In this document: piece by piece, positions 37,401 through 51,349 of the stretch | Position numbering within the stretch: the first letter of the stretch is position 1 | Layout: every line of letters starts with the position of its first letter | NCBI GenBank assembly: GCA_964247055.1 | Contig: OZ176054.1 | Span: forward strand, 3,658,001-3,722,000 | Source: Paragordius varius | Lineage: Eukaryota; Animalia; Nematomorpha | Length of the DNA stretch: 64,000 bases | Reading direction: 5' to 3' | Program-made: the position numbers and the translations under genes | Notes under the pieces: model-generated | Database searches by the model: none | Told to the model about the DNA's origin: nothing | The model's input: the letters and a program-made list of their open reading frames with translations, nothing else

Positions 37401-40400
37401 TGCTCAAATTGATATGATTGACTGTTCTCACTTTTACACTTTTTTAAGAGACTTATAAATTTAGTGATTTTATTTTTAATAAGATTGCTCAAATTTTTGT
37501 AAAAAATTGATTGGTAATTTTGTTGATTATTGATCTCAATTATCGAAGAATCTAATGTATAGTCATCATGCGTCAGAATATTATTAATTATTTTTTCTTT
37601 TTTTAAATCCTCCTTGTTAATTTCCTGTGTAAGGTTTTGAAAATTTTTGTCAATATTGCTGATAACTTTGGACAAAACTTTAACATGTGATTCAAGGCTA
37701 GAATTTGTCTCAAAAAAGAGAACGGATTGTAAAAATGAATCAAAATGCCAAAACATTTGGAGGTAAGTAATGAATACTAACCCAAACATTGTTTTATTTG
37801 TTTCATCTAAAATGTAAAAAACATAAGAAATTATATTTTATACCATAATAATAAGCAAAAAATGAGCCAAAATTAAATACCAAAATTAATGATTTAAATT
37901 AGTAGAAAACGATCAATAATTAAATTTTGAAAATAGTATACCTGCTTCCTTATTATTTTGATATTTGTAATCTTGTAAGTTTAATCCATACCTATTATTT
38001 CAAAATATATAAATATTAGTGAACTAACTATATATAAAAATTATGAGAATGTTATCAAGAAAGTTATTATTATTATCGGTTTCTTACAAGTCATTTTGAA
38101 GTCTTTGCTTTAAATCACATAGTGTATTGTATTCATAGGAGTTATCATTATGATTATTATTATTTTGGGAGATGTAATAACCAATCAAGGTATTTAATAT
38201 GGTGACTTTCATGTCATAAATGTCATGGATATAAATTAATTGAAGCGCAGATAAAGGAGGCAGATATTTCAATTCCACGCTAATGCCATTTACAATATCA
38301 TACCTATCATGCGGAGTCGCAGTTCCTTCATTCTAACAACGGAAAAATTAAAGAATGTGTGTGACATATAAAATCAAAATTAATATACCATTTACACTTT
38401 AAATTCACCCTTGAACAATTCAAATTCACCCTAAAAAATATATGATAATACCTATATTTTTTTGCTATTTTTAAAAAATTGAAATTTAGATTGTAATTAA
38501 AATAATATACTGAAAAATAATAAACTTAGCTATAAAAATATATTTCACACATTAATAATGAGTTATATTAGCCCGATAACACATAATTTATTTTTAGGGT
38601 GAATTTGAATTGTAAATGGTATAATTAAATTTACACAAAATTTCTAAATTAAAATACCGGTTAGATAGTGTGACTACTTTTGAAAAGTAACCAGTCAAAA
38701 AAGGAACATTATAACAAAAATATGACGTGATAGTAAAAAGTTAATTAAATAATTGGGCCATAACTTCATAAATTATTATAATTCAATTATATGTTATTAA
38801 CGTTATCAAAAGCAATTTAATTGTAATTAAAATCGTTTTTTATCTAATTACAAAATATGTTTGCATTTATGAAATTCGATTATGCCGTGATATACTGCAT
38901 TCATTAGAATACCGGTTTTTAGCATTTGAAACGATGAAAAATCCAAGTCTAAATCACATGTAAAGTAAAATTACTCTCTAATTTAATTTCATATAAAATA
39001 AACTGTCCATAATAGAATACAAACGTATTTGCACATATAATATCACTATAAATTTATTTTTTTAAAAATAATTCATACCTTTGCAAATATTATTGGTTTA
39101 AGGAAACCAAGTTCATTTAATGACGTCTGAGATTGAGTAAGCTCCTCATCCAATAATAGCTTGGCATAAAAGAGTCCCATTGATTGTGGGGCAGTTAAAG
39201 TAATCAAATTTTTGGGTCGACATAAAAGGTTCTGCAAACATTAATAGTTAACATTGTCGTAAATATGTCAAATCGATTATAATCAAAAAATAAATATATT
39301 CCAAATCAGTTGATCTGTCTTTGTGTAATTAAACTTTATTTTTGTCTCTAAAGGTTATGACCCTGTGTCTTAAAAACTATAGATCTTATCAAACAATGCG
39401 TTGGCTTTATGATTAACAAGCGCTTATGAATCAAATTTATTTATAGTTGAGACTGTTTGGTCTTTAAACCGCAATACGATCTGAAAACATTATATCATTA
39501 GATTTTTCCACCAAAAATATATTCCCTTAAATTAAAATCAATTTAACACCAAAGATTTTTAATTATCGGTTAAGTTACTTTTAATAATAAGAAAATAATG
39601 TTAAATTTATATTTTAAATACTAATATACAAAATTAGCGTCATAATGAACGATATACCTCGGCGTAAGATTTAGCGAACAAAAATATTTCACAAAAGTCG
39701 GCATGTCTTTTAGTTATTTCGATTGCCGAAAATGTTATTGTAAATTTGACCGGTTTTTTAATGTTTGATGGGGCCCACATTGATAAAATATTTAGCGGTA
39801 TGTTATAAGATTTTCGATCGATCTTTGATTTTTTTAAATCGTGAATTTTTTTGTACCGTTTAAAAATTGAATGATGATGATAATGTAAATCTTGCTCCAT
39901 TATTTGGGCAACACTTAGATTCTTAGTGTAATTGTAGTGACGAAAAAGGGTTGAAATTACATTTGGTAAATTTTCTAAATAATGTATGGAGAAATAAAAG
40001 TTTTAAATTTATACGTTTGAGTTCTATCCAAGTATTCATTCATCGGTTATATATAAATACGTCACCTCAATCTTTTTTATTTACTAGAATAAGGATTGGC
40101 ACCGGAACCATTGACTCTTTTTATATATTTTGGATCTAAAAGCAATTTCCTAAAAAACGGGTCTAAACTTTTTTATTATCTCTTTTTTCAGTTGATGCAA
40201 TTTAACTTTATTATTCAAATTTAGTTAATATTATATTATGGCATTTTAGTCACATTCTACAAATTAGACGATCCACTTAAAAAATGGAACCAAAATGAGC
40301 AATTTTTCTGGAAATCTTTTCTCAAAAATGTGTTTGTAGCTTAAAAATAAAATTGACTAGAAATTTGAACCGTTTTCAATTTCAATCCCTGCTCCTAGCC

Positions 40401-40707
40401 GGTATATCAAAATATGTTAAAAATCTATTCTAATATTTTCACCAAATTATAACTATTTATATGTAAATTACAAATGACCATAAAATTAATAATAAACCTG
40501 TTTGAATTAAATCTATTTTCGACAATTTCTTCTGACATTGTTTTGTAATTAAAACCACAAACGGTTCTGATATGCTATAAATGTCCCGAAGATTTTCATG
40601 TTTATCTTTATAATTGTAAATTTTGGGATGTACGTCAATTTGTTTTGGTTTTAATTTTTTATGGCATTTAAAAGTGAAAAATAATTTTTTATTCAAGGGA
40701 TGAAATC
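31426..40707 (-). CDS. Large uncharacterised multi-exon gene (about 13 or more exons); 5' end possibly extends to ~41400
   Basis: Open GT-AG-flanked exons at approximately 40500-40707, 39660-39970, 39079-39233, 38089-38333, 37940-37990, 37240-37808, 36564-36840, 35760-36000, 34859-35074, 33995-34082, 33430-33716, 32186-32768 and 31426-31854. Several junctions were checked in phase, others were not. No family recognised. Confidence 0.6.
36077..36343. mobile_element. hAT MITE, 267 bp, intronic
   Basis: TIRs cagaggtatccaacac / gtgttggccacccctg; degenerate 8-bp TSD ctttaaac / ttttatac; gggccgc motifs. Confidence 0.75.
38386..38621. mobile_element. TA-flanked MITE with subterminal AATTCACCC repeats (Tc1/mariner-type)
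   Basis: TIR taccatttaca / tgtaaatggta with TA flanks. Related copies at 58442-58755 and a fragment at ~49078-49160. Confidence 0.7.
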
Positions 40708-41867
40708 TATAATCATATTTATGATTGAGAAAAATAACGGGTTCATCTATATTTTTAACCTAAACATATAAATTAAAATGTTACAGTTTTTCTTTTTTGG
40801 GGAGGGGATGTGTTTAAATCACTATTTTTTAATTCTGGTTTATATATAAAATTTGTATATGGATAATTTAGAGATATTTTTTCTGTTTTTATATCTAAGG
40901 ATTTCCATTTGTGATTCAATAATTTATATTTATTGACATTAAAGAATGGTTCTTCGATTAAATATTTGTCTGGAGTTTTATCCCTTTTTTGATGTACATA
41001 TTTATATATGGATCTTTTTGCATTCTTATATGGTTTTAAATTAAAACATTCCTCAGATTTTTCCGGAAATATATATTTGCATTCATTGACGTGAAAGATA
41101 TTGGGAGCTAAGGGTTAAGGTAAATAATACTTTTTTCAAATTTTTTAGCGGTAATATGAATTTTATCTTCGCATAAGATCCATTTATATTTATTTGCAAG
41201 TCTCTGGTTATGCTATAATATAATTTGTTATATCTAACCAAAATATCGAATTCTAAATCCAAAAAAATTGGCATAACGTCCAAAATTTGAAATTTAAATT
41301 TTGGAGGAACACATGATTTATTACTTGGTAAAATCAAAATGAAATAAAAAAGTTGGTCTAATTGTTGAAAATGCACTAAAAATAACTGAAAGTTGTGAAA
41401 TTGCAAGAGTCAAAATAAACAGTGAAAATGTGTTGTTGTTGTGGTACATTAAAAATTTATAAAAAAGGGTATTGTATTTGTACTTAAATTAACATTTTTA
41501 AAAAAAATGATTAACCAATTAATTTTGGCTACAAAGGATATATTTAAAAACGTTTTTATAGCTTACACTAAACATGTAATGTGCTAAGGAAAAAATTTGT
41601 TTTTTGTAATCAGTTATACTGCAATATTCTAATCATAATTTGCAGGCATGATTGTAAAATAAAATATGAAAAAAAATCTAAAAAATGTTTAAGGTAGTGT
41701 TAACAAGATATTTAAAAAAAGATTTTTATGTGACATATTTAGTAGTTGTTCGTTTGCGTTAGAATAAATTTCTTTTGTAGCCAAAATTAATTATGATTAA
41801 TCATAATGATTCGATAAATAAATATTGGTACATTGTAGTGTTGCAAACACACACCTACACCCACAAA

Positions 41868-44209
41868 CTAATAAATGTAAGGAATCAGTCTGTAAGGGAC
41901 TTTGCGACAATAATCTTCCCAATACTTCCCATACTTTTGACTGCATCTTTCCTCATCTCGATACACACGATTTATCAGGAGCGTAAGCATAAATGCTATG
42001 TAAAAATATGGATATAGCGCTTGAGTTATTGGGCCACATGCTAAACACATACAGGAAGCTAAAATAATATCCCCAGTGTAATTAAAATGTCGAGCTACAC
42101 CCCAAAACCCTGATGTAAGCAAAGCGCTATGGTGAATAGCACCGTCAGATGTGGAATATTTGGTTGGGACATAAGTTGCTGGTTTTGAACTACCTCCTAT
42201 CAAACCCCCAAGGTAACGAATGTAATACGGTTTACCTGGAAAGATTACATATACATAATTATATAAAGACAAGTTATGAATATGTATAAAATTGAAATCC
42301 TTTGAGCTATGTCGCAAGAGGTGTTTTAGACCGTTATCCATTTAGACCAGGAGTTAGCACGCCGTCTTCCGAGACTTTACGTGCGGCCCCTGAAAAATTT
42401 GTAAATTAAAAATTTACAAAATTTTAATTGAATTAATATTAACAATTTTTTTTAATTAATCTATCTAATTGGCAGGAATCAAATAATATGGAGTTGCCAT
42501 TTTAGAGTTTTATATTTAAAATTTAATAAATTATTAAATAGCCATATATATATTTGGATCTATTTTTTAAGTCAAAATGCGGCCGGCGAAGCCATTTGTG
42601 TTGGACACCACTGATTTAGACAGAGGTTTTTATTTCTTCGTTTAAATAAAATACTTGAATTAATCCATTCTATTATTATAACGTTTTTGGTAAAAAAACG
42701 AAAATACCACCAAGATTTCAAAAATGAAAGGTGTAAAAATAGTAATTGATCAAAATTTATAAAACTTTATTAATAATTTATTTTAACGGTATTTTACAAA
42801 AAAATAAGACATGTTTTGCATGCTAGCTAAATTTTACACGAACTTAAATTCATACAAAACATCTATGATAAAGTTTTTAAAAACATCATTTAATTTTTGG
42901 CCTTTGGCGCCCTCTTTCAAATTAAAATTATACTGTTATCTTTTGTGTGTAAGTATATTTTACACATGATGAAACTTATAAATTTTGGTAACGAACATGG
43001 TTCAAGGCCAACGTACTAAAATACTATGCATGAAAAAAACAATACAGCTGGATAAAAACTGCAACATCTTGAAATGCTATCAAATTTAAATTTAAGAATA
43101 TATTGTGAGAAAAATAAAAATACATGTATAAATAGTGTTATTTAAGTATGAAAAATGTTTTAGCCACCACCTGCCGTAAAAGCCAATCTAAATTGATCTT
43201 TTTGGTTATTTGTGAGTCGAAAAATGGTGTAACCCAAAAGTCCAAGGGCTAAGAGTATGTAAAATTTATACGGTCCAAGCACCACTAAGTTACGTGATAA
43301 GTATTGAGCTTGTAGGGTATACATGAATGGGAGCCAAACCAAATCCCCCCATGCCAAATAAAAGCCAAAATGATCATGGGCAATGTCAATCGTTCTCAGG
43401 TACCAATCCTCATTCACGAATAAATCAAGGGCATAAATACCTTGGAGAATATTGACTAAAATCATTGAATCAGACACGGTCCCAAATTTACGGAATTGAT
43501 AGGCGGCGAATGAAGCATTAATAAGGGTCCATGCTATGATCCCAGGACGTCCATTGTGAAACAATTTGAAATCAAACGCCTCAGTTATCCGGGGGTTAAA
43601 CTCGATACCCATGTAAAAATCGTAGAGGGAAGAATCGCTAAATTTTCTATCTTCCGGGTGATTGGGCCACACATATGCTTTGATATAAACAAAAAGGGAT
43701 AATGCATAAGCTAAAATGTTTGACGCTATGAGTAACCCTCCCCAATTATCAGCGATATAAAAGAGGGGATTAAATATATTCGGATAAAAAATGGAGAATA
43801 CGATAAATAGGATATGTGATATGATCCAGGCAAAAAGTCCATTGACTTTATATATTGGCAAATTTCCAGCTGGTGTTATTTGACCCTTTGTTATTTTACC
43901 TGGTAAACTTACATATAAAATTATTTGGAATATATACCATGACAACAAAGCATACATAGCTGATAATTCAAATTTGGGGCCATAATGTTTTAAAAAATAT
44001 TTTATACCTTTGAAATATATAAGGGATATTGGCTTGATAATATTGCAACCGAAATAGGTCAATGAAGACCAATAATACACAACTAAAAAGGGACAACATG
44101 TTAAAATCAAGAAAGTTGTTATAAATGAAATATATTTATCTAGCGCTGACTTAGAATGTGAATAACGTCCCCATGAATTGTTGGCTGATATTTTGGAATC
44201 TGAGACCAT
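41868..44209 (-). CDS. DHCR7: 7-dehydrocholesterol reductase (sterol delta-7 reductase, ERG4/ERG24 family), ~468 aa
   Basis: complement(join(41868..42235,43171..44209)); the donor could alternatively be 3 nt further on. Motifs GIEFNPR, FDFKLFHNGRPGIIAWTLIN, WYLRTIDIAHDHFGFYLAWGD, SGFWGVARHFNYTGD and RDEERCSQKYGKYWEDYCRKVPYRLIP. Confidence 0.92.
42348..42614. mobile_element. hAT MITE in the DHCR7 intron
   Basis: Perfect 8-bp TSD ATTTAGAC on both sides; ends cag... and ...gttggacaccactg; gcggccc motifs. Confidence 0.8.
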
Positions 44210-46627
44210 GCTATTTAAATTTTAAAATAATTAACAACAAAATGTGAAAGGATGATTGTATTGCGCTTGATTTTTTCTAGGCATAAAAAGAGTAATTTTG
44301 GTAAATTCATGCATTTATCTTTTTAATCCATTAATATAATTTTGGTAAGTGATTTATACTTGAATATTCTAAAAAAATTTCCAAAAAATATTCTAATTTT
44401 AAAAATTGATGTTTGCAATTGCATCCCAAAACTATTAATTTTAATAATAATTTTATTACCAAATAATTGATTGAAAATTAATTTGTTTTAAAAGTCCCCA
44501 TTTTTAAAATATCTCCCTATAAGCCAGTATTATAACCATTTAACCAAAACTCTAAAATTGACGGCTAAAACCTTGAAATGAAATTTTTTACAAATTTAGC
44601 TTATGAAAAGAACATTACTTTATATATTAAAATCGATATCCTACTTAAGATATCACGCTCTGAAGTTTTGAATTTTTGAAAAGGTTTAAGTTAAATTATT
44701 TAAAATATATTAATGGTTGGCCGAAAGTGACAATTACGTAGTTATTTAGACAAATGCATTCTCTTCAAGGTGGAAATTATTTTTTTTAGAAATTCATGAG
44801 GGTTAATCTAAATAAATTAAATTTATGACCTTTTACGCCCATCTTTTAAATTTTTTTAATTTGTTTAAAAAATTTCAAACGTTTGGCCAACAAATATTTT
44901 TAGTTAAATATCCATTATTAAATTTGAAACAATTTGGATACAAGAATACACTAGATGTTTTTAACTAAGCTCTAAATCTCAAAAGGGGAATCACAAAAGT
45001 TCAAAAGGCCCTTTATACTCAGCAATTGATGATTTATCTAGTGATTCTATGATGAAACTATAATATTCCATTACCGTTTGGGGTAATTTTATTTCACAGC
45101 GCAATTTATTTGAATATTTATAAGTGTTTAAGCTAATAAGCCTAATTCGAAAATATGCTTTTTTAGTCCTTTAGACGTAACTATAAATTATTTTTAAATC
45201 GTAAAATTGTAAAAAAAACCTCATCTCAAACTTTTTTATCGCCATTTATTAGATTTTTTCAAATCTCTAATGCAGACAAATAAATGTATATTATGGTTAG
45301 AAAACAAATAATTAACAATAGAAAGCTTTCAGGCTCTATTTCACCAGTAAAATTAGATATATTTTCATCTTTATATCAGCTGTTTCCAATCTTGTTTTGG
45401 ATGTCGCAATTTTAGACTGTAAAAGTCACACAACTGTCAAAAATTTAAGCTTTTTTTGTAATTACATGTGAACAATGATAAATAATTAAATTTTAACTAA
45501 TATAACGTTCAAAACTAGAGTGTTTTTACAAAAATGAGCTATGAGATTGTAAACAAAAGGTAAACTAGGACAAAAAAGTAAGGTAGTGGTAATACATATC
45601 ATTTAGGTTGGTATCGATTCAATTATTAAGTACCTCTTCACAAGAAAACAATTTTATTAAATTAAAAATATGTTCAGAGAAGAAAGCTTATGCACACGGT
45701 TTTACGGCTTTACGGCTTTAAACTTCCCTAAATATATCGATTGGCACCTTATAGTTGGGAATTAAGTCTAGTTATATTATTGATGGCTCTGTCTTCCAGA
45801 AACGATAGGCATTCAGACGTTTCAATGTGTCCTTTTCTTACATATAACACAGTCTCTAAAATAAAATAACCGTAATGAAGCATATATATTTTGATAAAAA
45901 AATGTAATAGGACTATCAAAGTGCTTTTTTGACGAATAAGAGTCTAAGAAATTTACTTATACTTTTGTGAAAGTGCTCCATAGAAGAAAATGGCAAACTT
46001 TCCGCACATTATTTGAAATAAAATTTCTGTAATGAAAGGTATATGTTTCATTGCAAAAATCTCACAAAGGAAAAGCCACACAATATTTTTGTAAAATTTT
46101 AATTTTTAGATGTAGAATTCGAAAGTCCCAAATTGTTTCCTTTTAAAAGAGGCTAGTTTTTATAAAAAAACGCAATCATGAAAATGTCTTTTTGATATCA
46201 ACTAAAATTATTATTTAAAATAATGCATAGTTCTTCAAAAGTTATTTGTTTTTAATATGGAGTTTCTAATATTTTTTAAACTGAAGCGTTTTTTTTCACA
46301 AATAAAATAATTTAAAAAAATGTGCCATTTTTTGATCCTTACATAAAAGTTTAAAAAACTTTCTTAAATAATTCGTAAGGGTCACAACCAAGAGCACCAT
46401 GACAATCCTGATACATTTCCTATCAGAATCTATATACATCAGGATGTTTTTTATCCCCGCTTTTTTATACTGTGTATATAGGTGTTAAAATTATTTTGCT
46501 TTATTGAATTTACATTTTTAAAAATTTAATCGAATACCCGCATAAATTTACAAGAAATCTATCGTAAAGAAGCACACACTTGTTATTTATCAGCTGATTT
46601 AAGATCAATATTTTTTTGGACTGCGTC

Positions 46628-49600
46628 ATGGCACTAAACACCTCTGATAAAAACGGTGGTCTTTTGATATATAATGGTGAAAGGTATTAATATATTTTTA
46701 TTAAGAATATTTTTATTTGTCAAAAAAATGGAGTTTGTCCTGATAGATGACCATAAGAAAGAGATGAAAGGCGATGGCCAATTGTTTTTAACATCACATC
46801 GAGTATACCTATATGTATATACAATTATTTTATTAGATTGTTTTTTTGAACCTAAACAAAAAAGACCAGTTTAGATCGTTTAGTATTCCATTTTCTTGTA
46901 TGGATAAAGTTGAATTAAAACAACCAGTTTTGGGAGCTAATTACATAGAAGGACATGTAATGGCTCAACCTAACGGCAATTGGAATGGTACAGGCAAGTT
47001 TAAGTTAACTTTCACCACGGGAGGCGCGACAGATTTTGGCAGAGCGCTTTTAAATGCAGCACAGAGAAGTATTATAAAAAATATTAAAATAGTTGCATTA
47101 AAGATACGCTATTTTATTTAACACTTCATTCATAGATTGAGAAAATGTATTTATTTAAATATTAAACGGTACATTGTGCCCTAAAATGGGCATAAATATT
47201 TCAAAATTTTTATTAATTTTATAAATTCAACAAGGGGTTTAAACCATTATTCCCATATTAGATGAAAAATTAAATTTGAGTTAATATATAATTTCTAAAA
47301 TAATATTAATGCAACCATATCAAATCAATTTTTATTCGTATGTTTTAAGGTGTTATTAATGGCTTGCATTATAAAAAGATTTTTCTAAGGCATTATCCAT
47401 GATAAAGAATTGTTTTATTTCGTTTACGGCAGTGGTTTCCAACCTTTTTTATGCCTCAAAATATTCTTTCGTTATTTAAAAAAACAAACATGAAAATGCA
47501 AAATTTAATTGTATTATGAAACTCATTATCAATAAAATCCTTGTATCTCCAATTTTTGAAATATTTTTCCCATATCGGTAATCATATTAACCTTCAAATT
47601 AATTTTATTTTTTAATTGAATTGTCCAAATTTTTTGCGTCTCCCCCTACATTTTCGACGCCCTATTAAGAACGAAACCTTATCTTTACGGTTATTAAACA
47701 GGGTTCAGGAAATTTTTATTTTAAAATATTTTTAACGGTAATAAACTTTTTAATTAAAGTTCCAATCAATTTTTTTAAACCGATATCCTGGATATTGAAA
47801 TTAAGATTTAGCAATATAATTTATTTCCTTGTTAGACACAAATTTTCGTAATTTTTTTATAAGATGAATTACTACTTAAAAAGAAAAAATGTTTTTTTGG
47901 GACAGATTTGGAAAAAATTTTACTGTTTTAAAAACTTTTTTAAAAAGAATATCCATTTTTGTAAAACCATTAAAAACGAAGGCTGAATAATATTTTTATT
48001 TGTCAACATGTTTTTTTAATCAAAACATACTTATATATTTAGTGCACTAATAAATGTTAGCATTCTAAGTCAGGGATGTCCAGCACGCTTTTTTTCGGAT
48101 ATTCTAAAAAATATTAAAAAAATAAAAAATTAGATTTCAATTAAAAATTTACGATTAAAGATACATCATTCAAAATTGTAATCAAATAAAATAAATGAAT
48201 AAAGACCAAAAATTATCAAAGCAGCCGCGAAGATATTTGTTTAGGACATACATACATTATTGTAAATCAGGTGTATTACTAAATCAAATCAATGGAATCG
48301 GTTCAAGGATTACCAATATAATTTTTTTTTCATTAAATTATCAACATCTTATTACTTTAATATTTCTCAAACCATCATGACATTATTTAATTTATGATTA
48401 TAATTTGACAGTGTTGAACAGGGGCGGACCTCCACCCTATGAACCGCCCCCGCCTCCGTTTAATCCGGCGGCCCCAGGAATGTATGTTGCACCCCCTGAT
48501 GCTAATGTCGGCTTTCCAATGCCCACAAACATGTTTCCCCCAAGTCAAATAAGTAGGAGATTTAATTTTATGATTATATTTTTAGATAAATATAATTGCA
48601 TGTTTTTACGTTTTAATGATATAAATTAATGAATATTGAATATTTTATTTATATTTATTTAAAGTGTGCTTAATTGTTATACTGATCTTTCATGCAGATA
48701 TTTTTGTGTGTTTATAACTAAATTTATGGAAACAAATTAATTAGTTAGGGTTTGCTATTTTGTTTAAATCGTATTATATAATAAGTAAAATGAGCATTAT
48801 CTAAATTTCTTTTAATTTTATTCAGTAATCTCGATTATAAATTTGATTTTTTTCGTCTGTTTGACAGATGAGCCAATATTAGTTTCAAACGCTCCCCCGC
48901 CTTACCCTGGAATATATCCGCCATTACCTGACGCACCACCTTATTCAGGAGCAGGTCTGTAATTTTGCTATTGATTACGCTACGAAATATATTTAAAATT
49001 ATTTTTTTCAAATATATATATATATATCACTATAAATAATTATTAAAAATTGCCGAAACTAATAAATCTACACATCATATTCACCCATAAACACTTATAA
49101 TTCACCTTTGATTTTAAATTTACAATTTGAACATTTATAATTCACCTTTGATTTTAAATTTTATCCTGAAAAATTTTTTTATGTTGGGCTTAATTAAACT
49201 CATAATTGACAAATTATTATTTTTTGGCATAATTCATCGATTTTCATGTTTTATATACGCTATTTGGCCAGACACTGAATTATATATACTAATTGTAATC
49301 ATTTGTTATCTAGAAGAGATCAAAGATCCTAAAATATGATTGTCTAAAATATTAGGCCTTTTTACGTTTTCTCTTTATAATTCAAATTTTGCATAGTATC
49401 CAGTTTAAATTCTGTTTTTTATATTTTTTATTTCATATAGTTGGAGGAGGACCAACAGTTGCACCAGCATATTATGATCCACAAAATCCACAGAATATGT
49501 ATGTTCCGGTAAGTAAATTATTCTAAATCTTTTATATAAACGCTAGGCTATCATCATTTTAAAATGACTAAAGTGGATTGTTTTAATCTAATAAATTACA

Positions 49601-51165
49601 CATATTATTATTTGCAAGAAATAGTTTTACTTATTTTTGTTAAGTGTAAAAATCTTCTAGAAACTGATTGAACATCTGGCTTTATTTATGGTTTTTTGCC
49701 ATAATTAATGCATCACGTAAATAATCCATTTATTTTATAAAATAATTTATATAGGTTTAACTTCACAATACTTTTATTAAATGTTACAGAAAAACTTGCA
49801 ACTCACTATTAAATTTTTTTAAATGTTTAAATTTTGTAACTGTTTGGTATGAAAAATATAAATATTTTTAAAACACATTAAATTTTCTGCATTAAATTAA
49901 TATATGGTCTTTACTAATTTGATCTCTTTTAACCTAAAATCTATGTCTTTAATAATAAAGCACCCTTTGTTTTTGTAGCAATCTTATTTGAGAAACGATG
50001 ACATATTTAAAATATTTTTATTCTTCATAAATGCACCGATCATAGTCGATTGCCCCATCCTCTAAAAACAGGGGTTTTAAAAAAACAAGCATCTAAAAAC
50101 CGTGTATTTGAATCATTAATTATAAAATATGACACCAATTATTGGGTGTTTATTTACTATTAATGAATGCGCCGATCATAGGCCACTTTTTTGATTTACT
50201 ATTGGTTTTAGCCTCCTTGTAAAATTAGGGTTTTTAAAATACGATTCCCCAAAAATCAATTTTCCCGAGAAAACATTTGCAATCATTCGGATTCAATTAT
50301 GGATTTTTATATATTTATAAATGCGCTGATCGTGATCGAACTAGTTTTTTAATTAACCCCTATGTATAACTCCATCTTCTTTAAAATTAACAATACGTTT
50401 TAAAAATATTTATTAAACAATATTTAACGGAAAATGTAAGACAATATAAATTGATGGTCAAGGTATCCCACAAATGATTTTGTTATAGTGTCTTAACTAG
50501 CTTAGGTAGAGTCCTATTTTACATATCTTCGCTTAATTGTCATAACTTTAAAGCGATTTTTGGGAAAACGTATACCTTCATTAAAAGTCGATTACGGTTT
50601 AAAAATTTTTCCATTAGGTATGCCTCAATAATAAGTCTACTATTTTGAAAATCTTGATTTATAAATCATCGTCTTTAATGAGTCACTAGATATATGATCG
50701 TACACTCCAGTTATTTTATTATAATCTATACATATCTTATGATTAAGTAGGTTAAAAAATTAAAAATTTCCATGAATACTTAGTATAAAAAGAATATAAG
50801 AGCATTTGGTTTCATTTATAAAATACAATATTCCTGTAAAAATGTTATAAAGTATTTACTAGATCAATATGAAGTTTGACTTATTTTTTATCTAATTAAT
50901 ATCCATAAGTATCGCAGTTTCTTACCTATCAAGTAAAATTTTACATAGATATTGGTCGCATTGTAAGGGTTTTTTTCATTAAATATTTATAAATATATAT
51001 TTTAACATTAAAAGCCTGAGCTGTAAATAATTTTAAAATATATTATCCTATTTTTATCAATATATTAATTTATAGCCACATGCAGCGGGTGTGGGACCAT
51101 CAAGCCCTAAGGAAAAGCCTGCAAGACCTCCTCCACCATACGAAGAAGAAAAGAAAAACCTTTAA
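46628..51165 (+). CDS. WBP2: WW domain-binding protein 2 (GRAM domain plus PPxY motifs), 256 aa
   Basis: join(46628..46683,46706..46802,46837..47068,48412..48552,48868..48954,49441..49508,51076..51165) = 771 nt. MALN..., LFLTSHR|IVF, FSIPF..M..VELKQPVLGANYIEG, FKLTFTTGGATDFG, PPPYEPP, APPPYPG, AYYDPQNP and PPPYEEEKK. Introns 1 and 2 are 22 and 34 nt. Confidence 0.93.
50020..50345. repeat. Three ~140-bp degenerate tandem repeats in the last WBP2 intron
   Basis: Core aaatgc(a/g)c(c/t)gatc at ~50029, ~50165 and ~50319; resembles the reverse complement of the tatggtggcgcattt core at 23097-23750. Confidence 0.5.
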
Positions 51166-51349
51166 ATTTTTTAAAACAATGACTAATTTTAAATTCTCAT
51201 TACCGCTTATTTTAAACAACTAATTAAAAAATATTTATTTATCACTCATGTGTCAATATTATGCAAAATTTTTCATGTTAGAAAATTTAGTTGTTTTATT
51301 AAACTAATTATTTAATAAATTATATGTTTCATTGTTATTATGACTGAAA

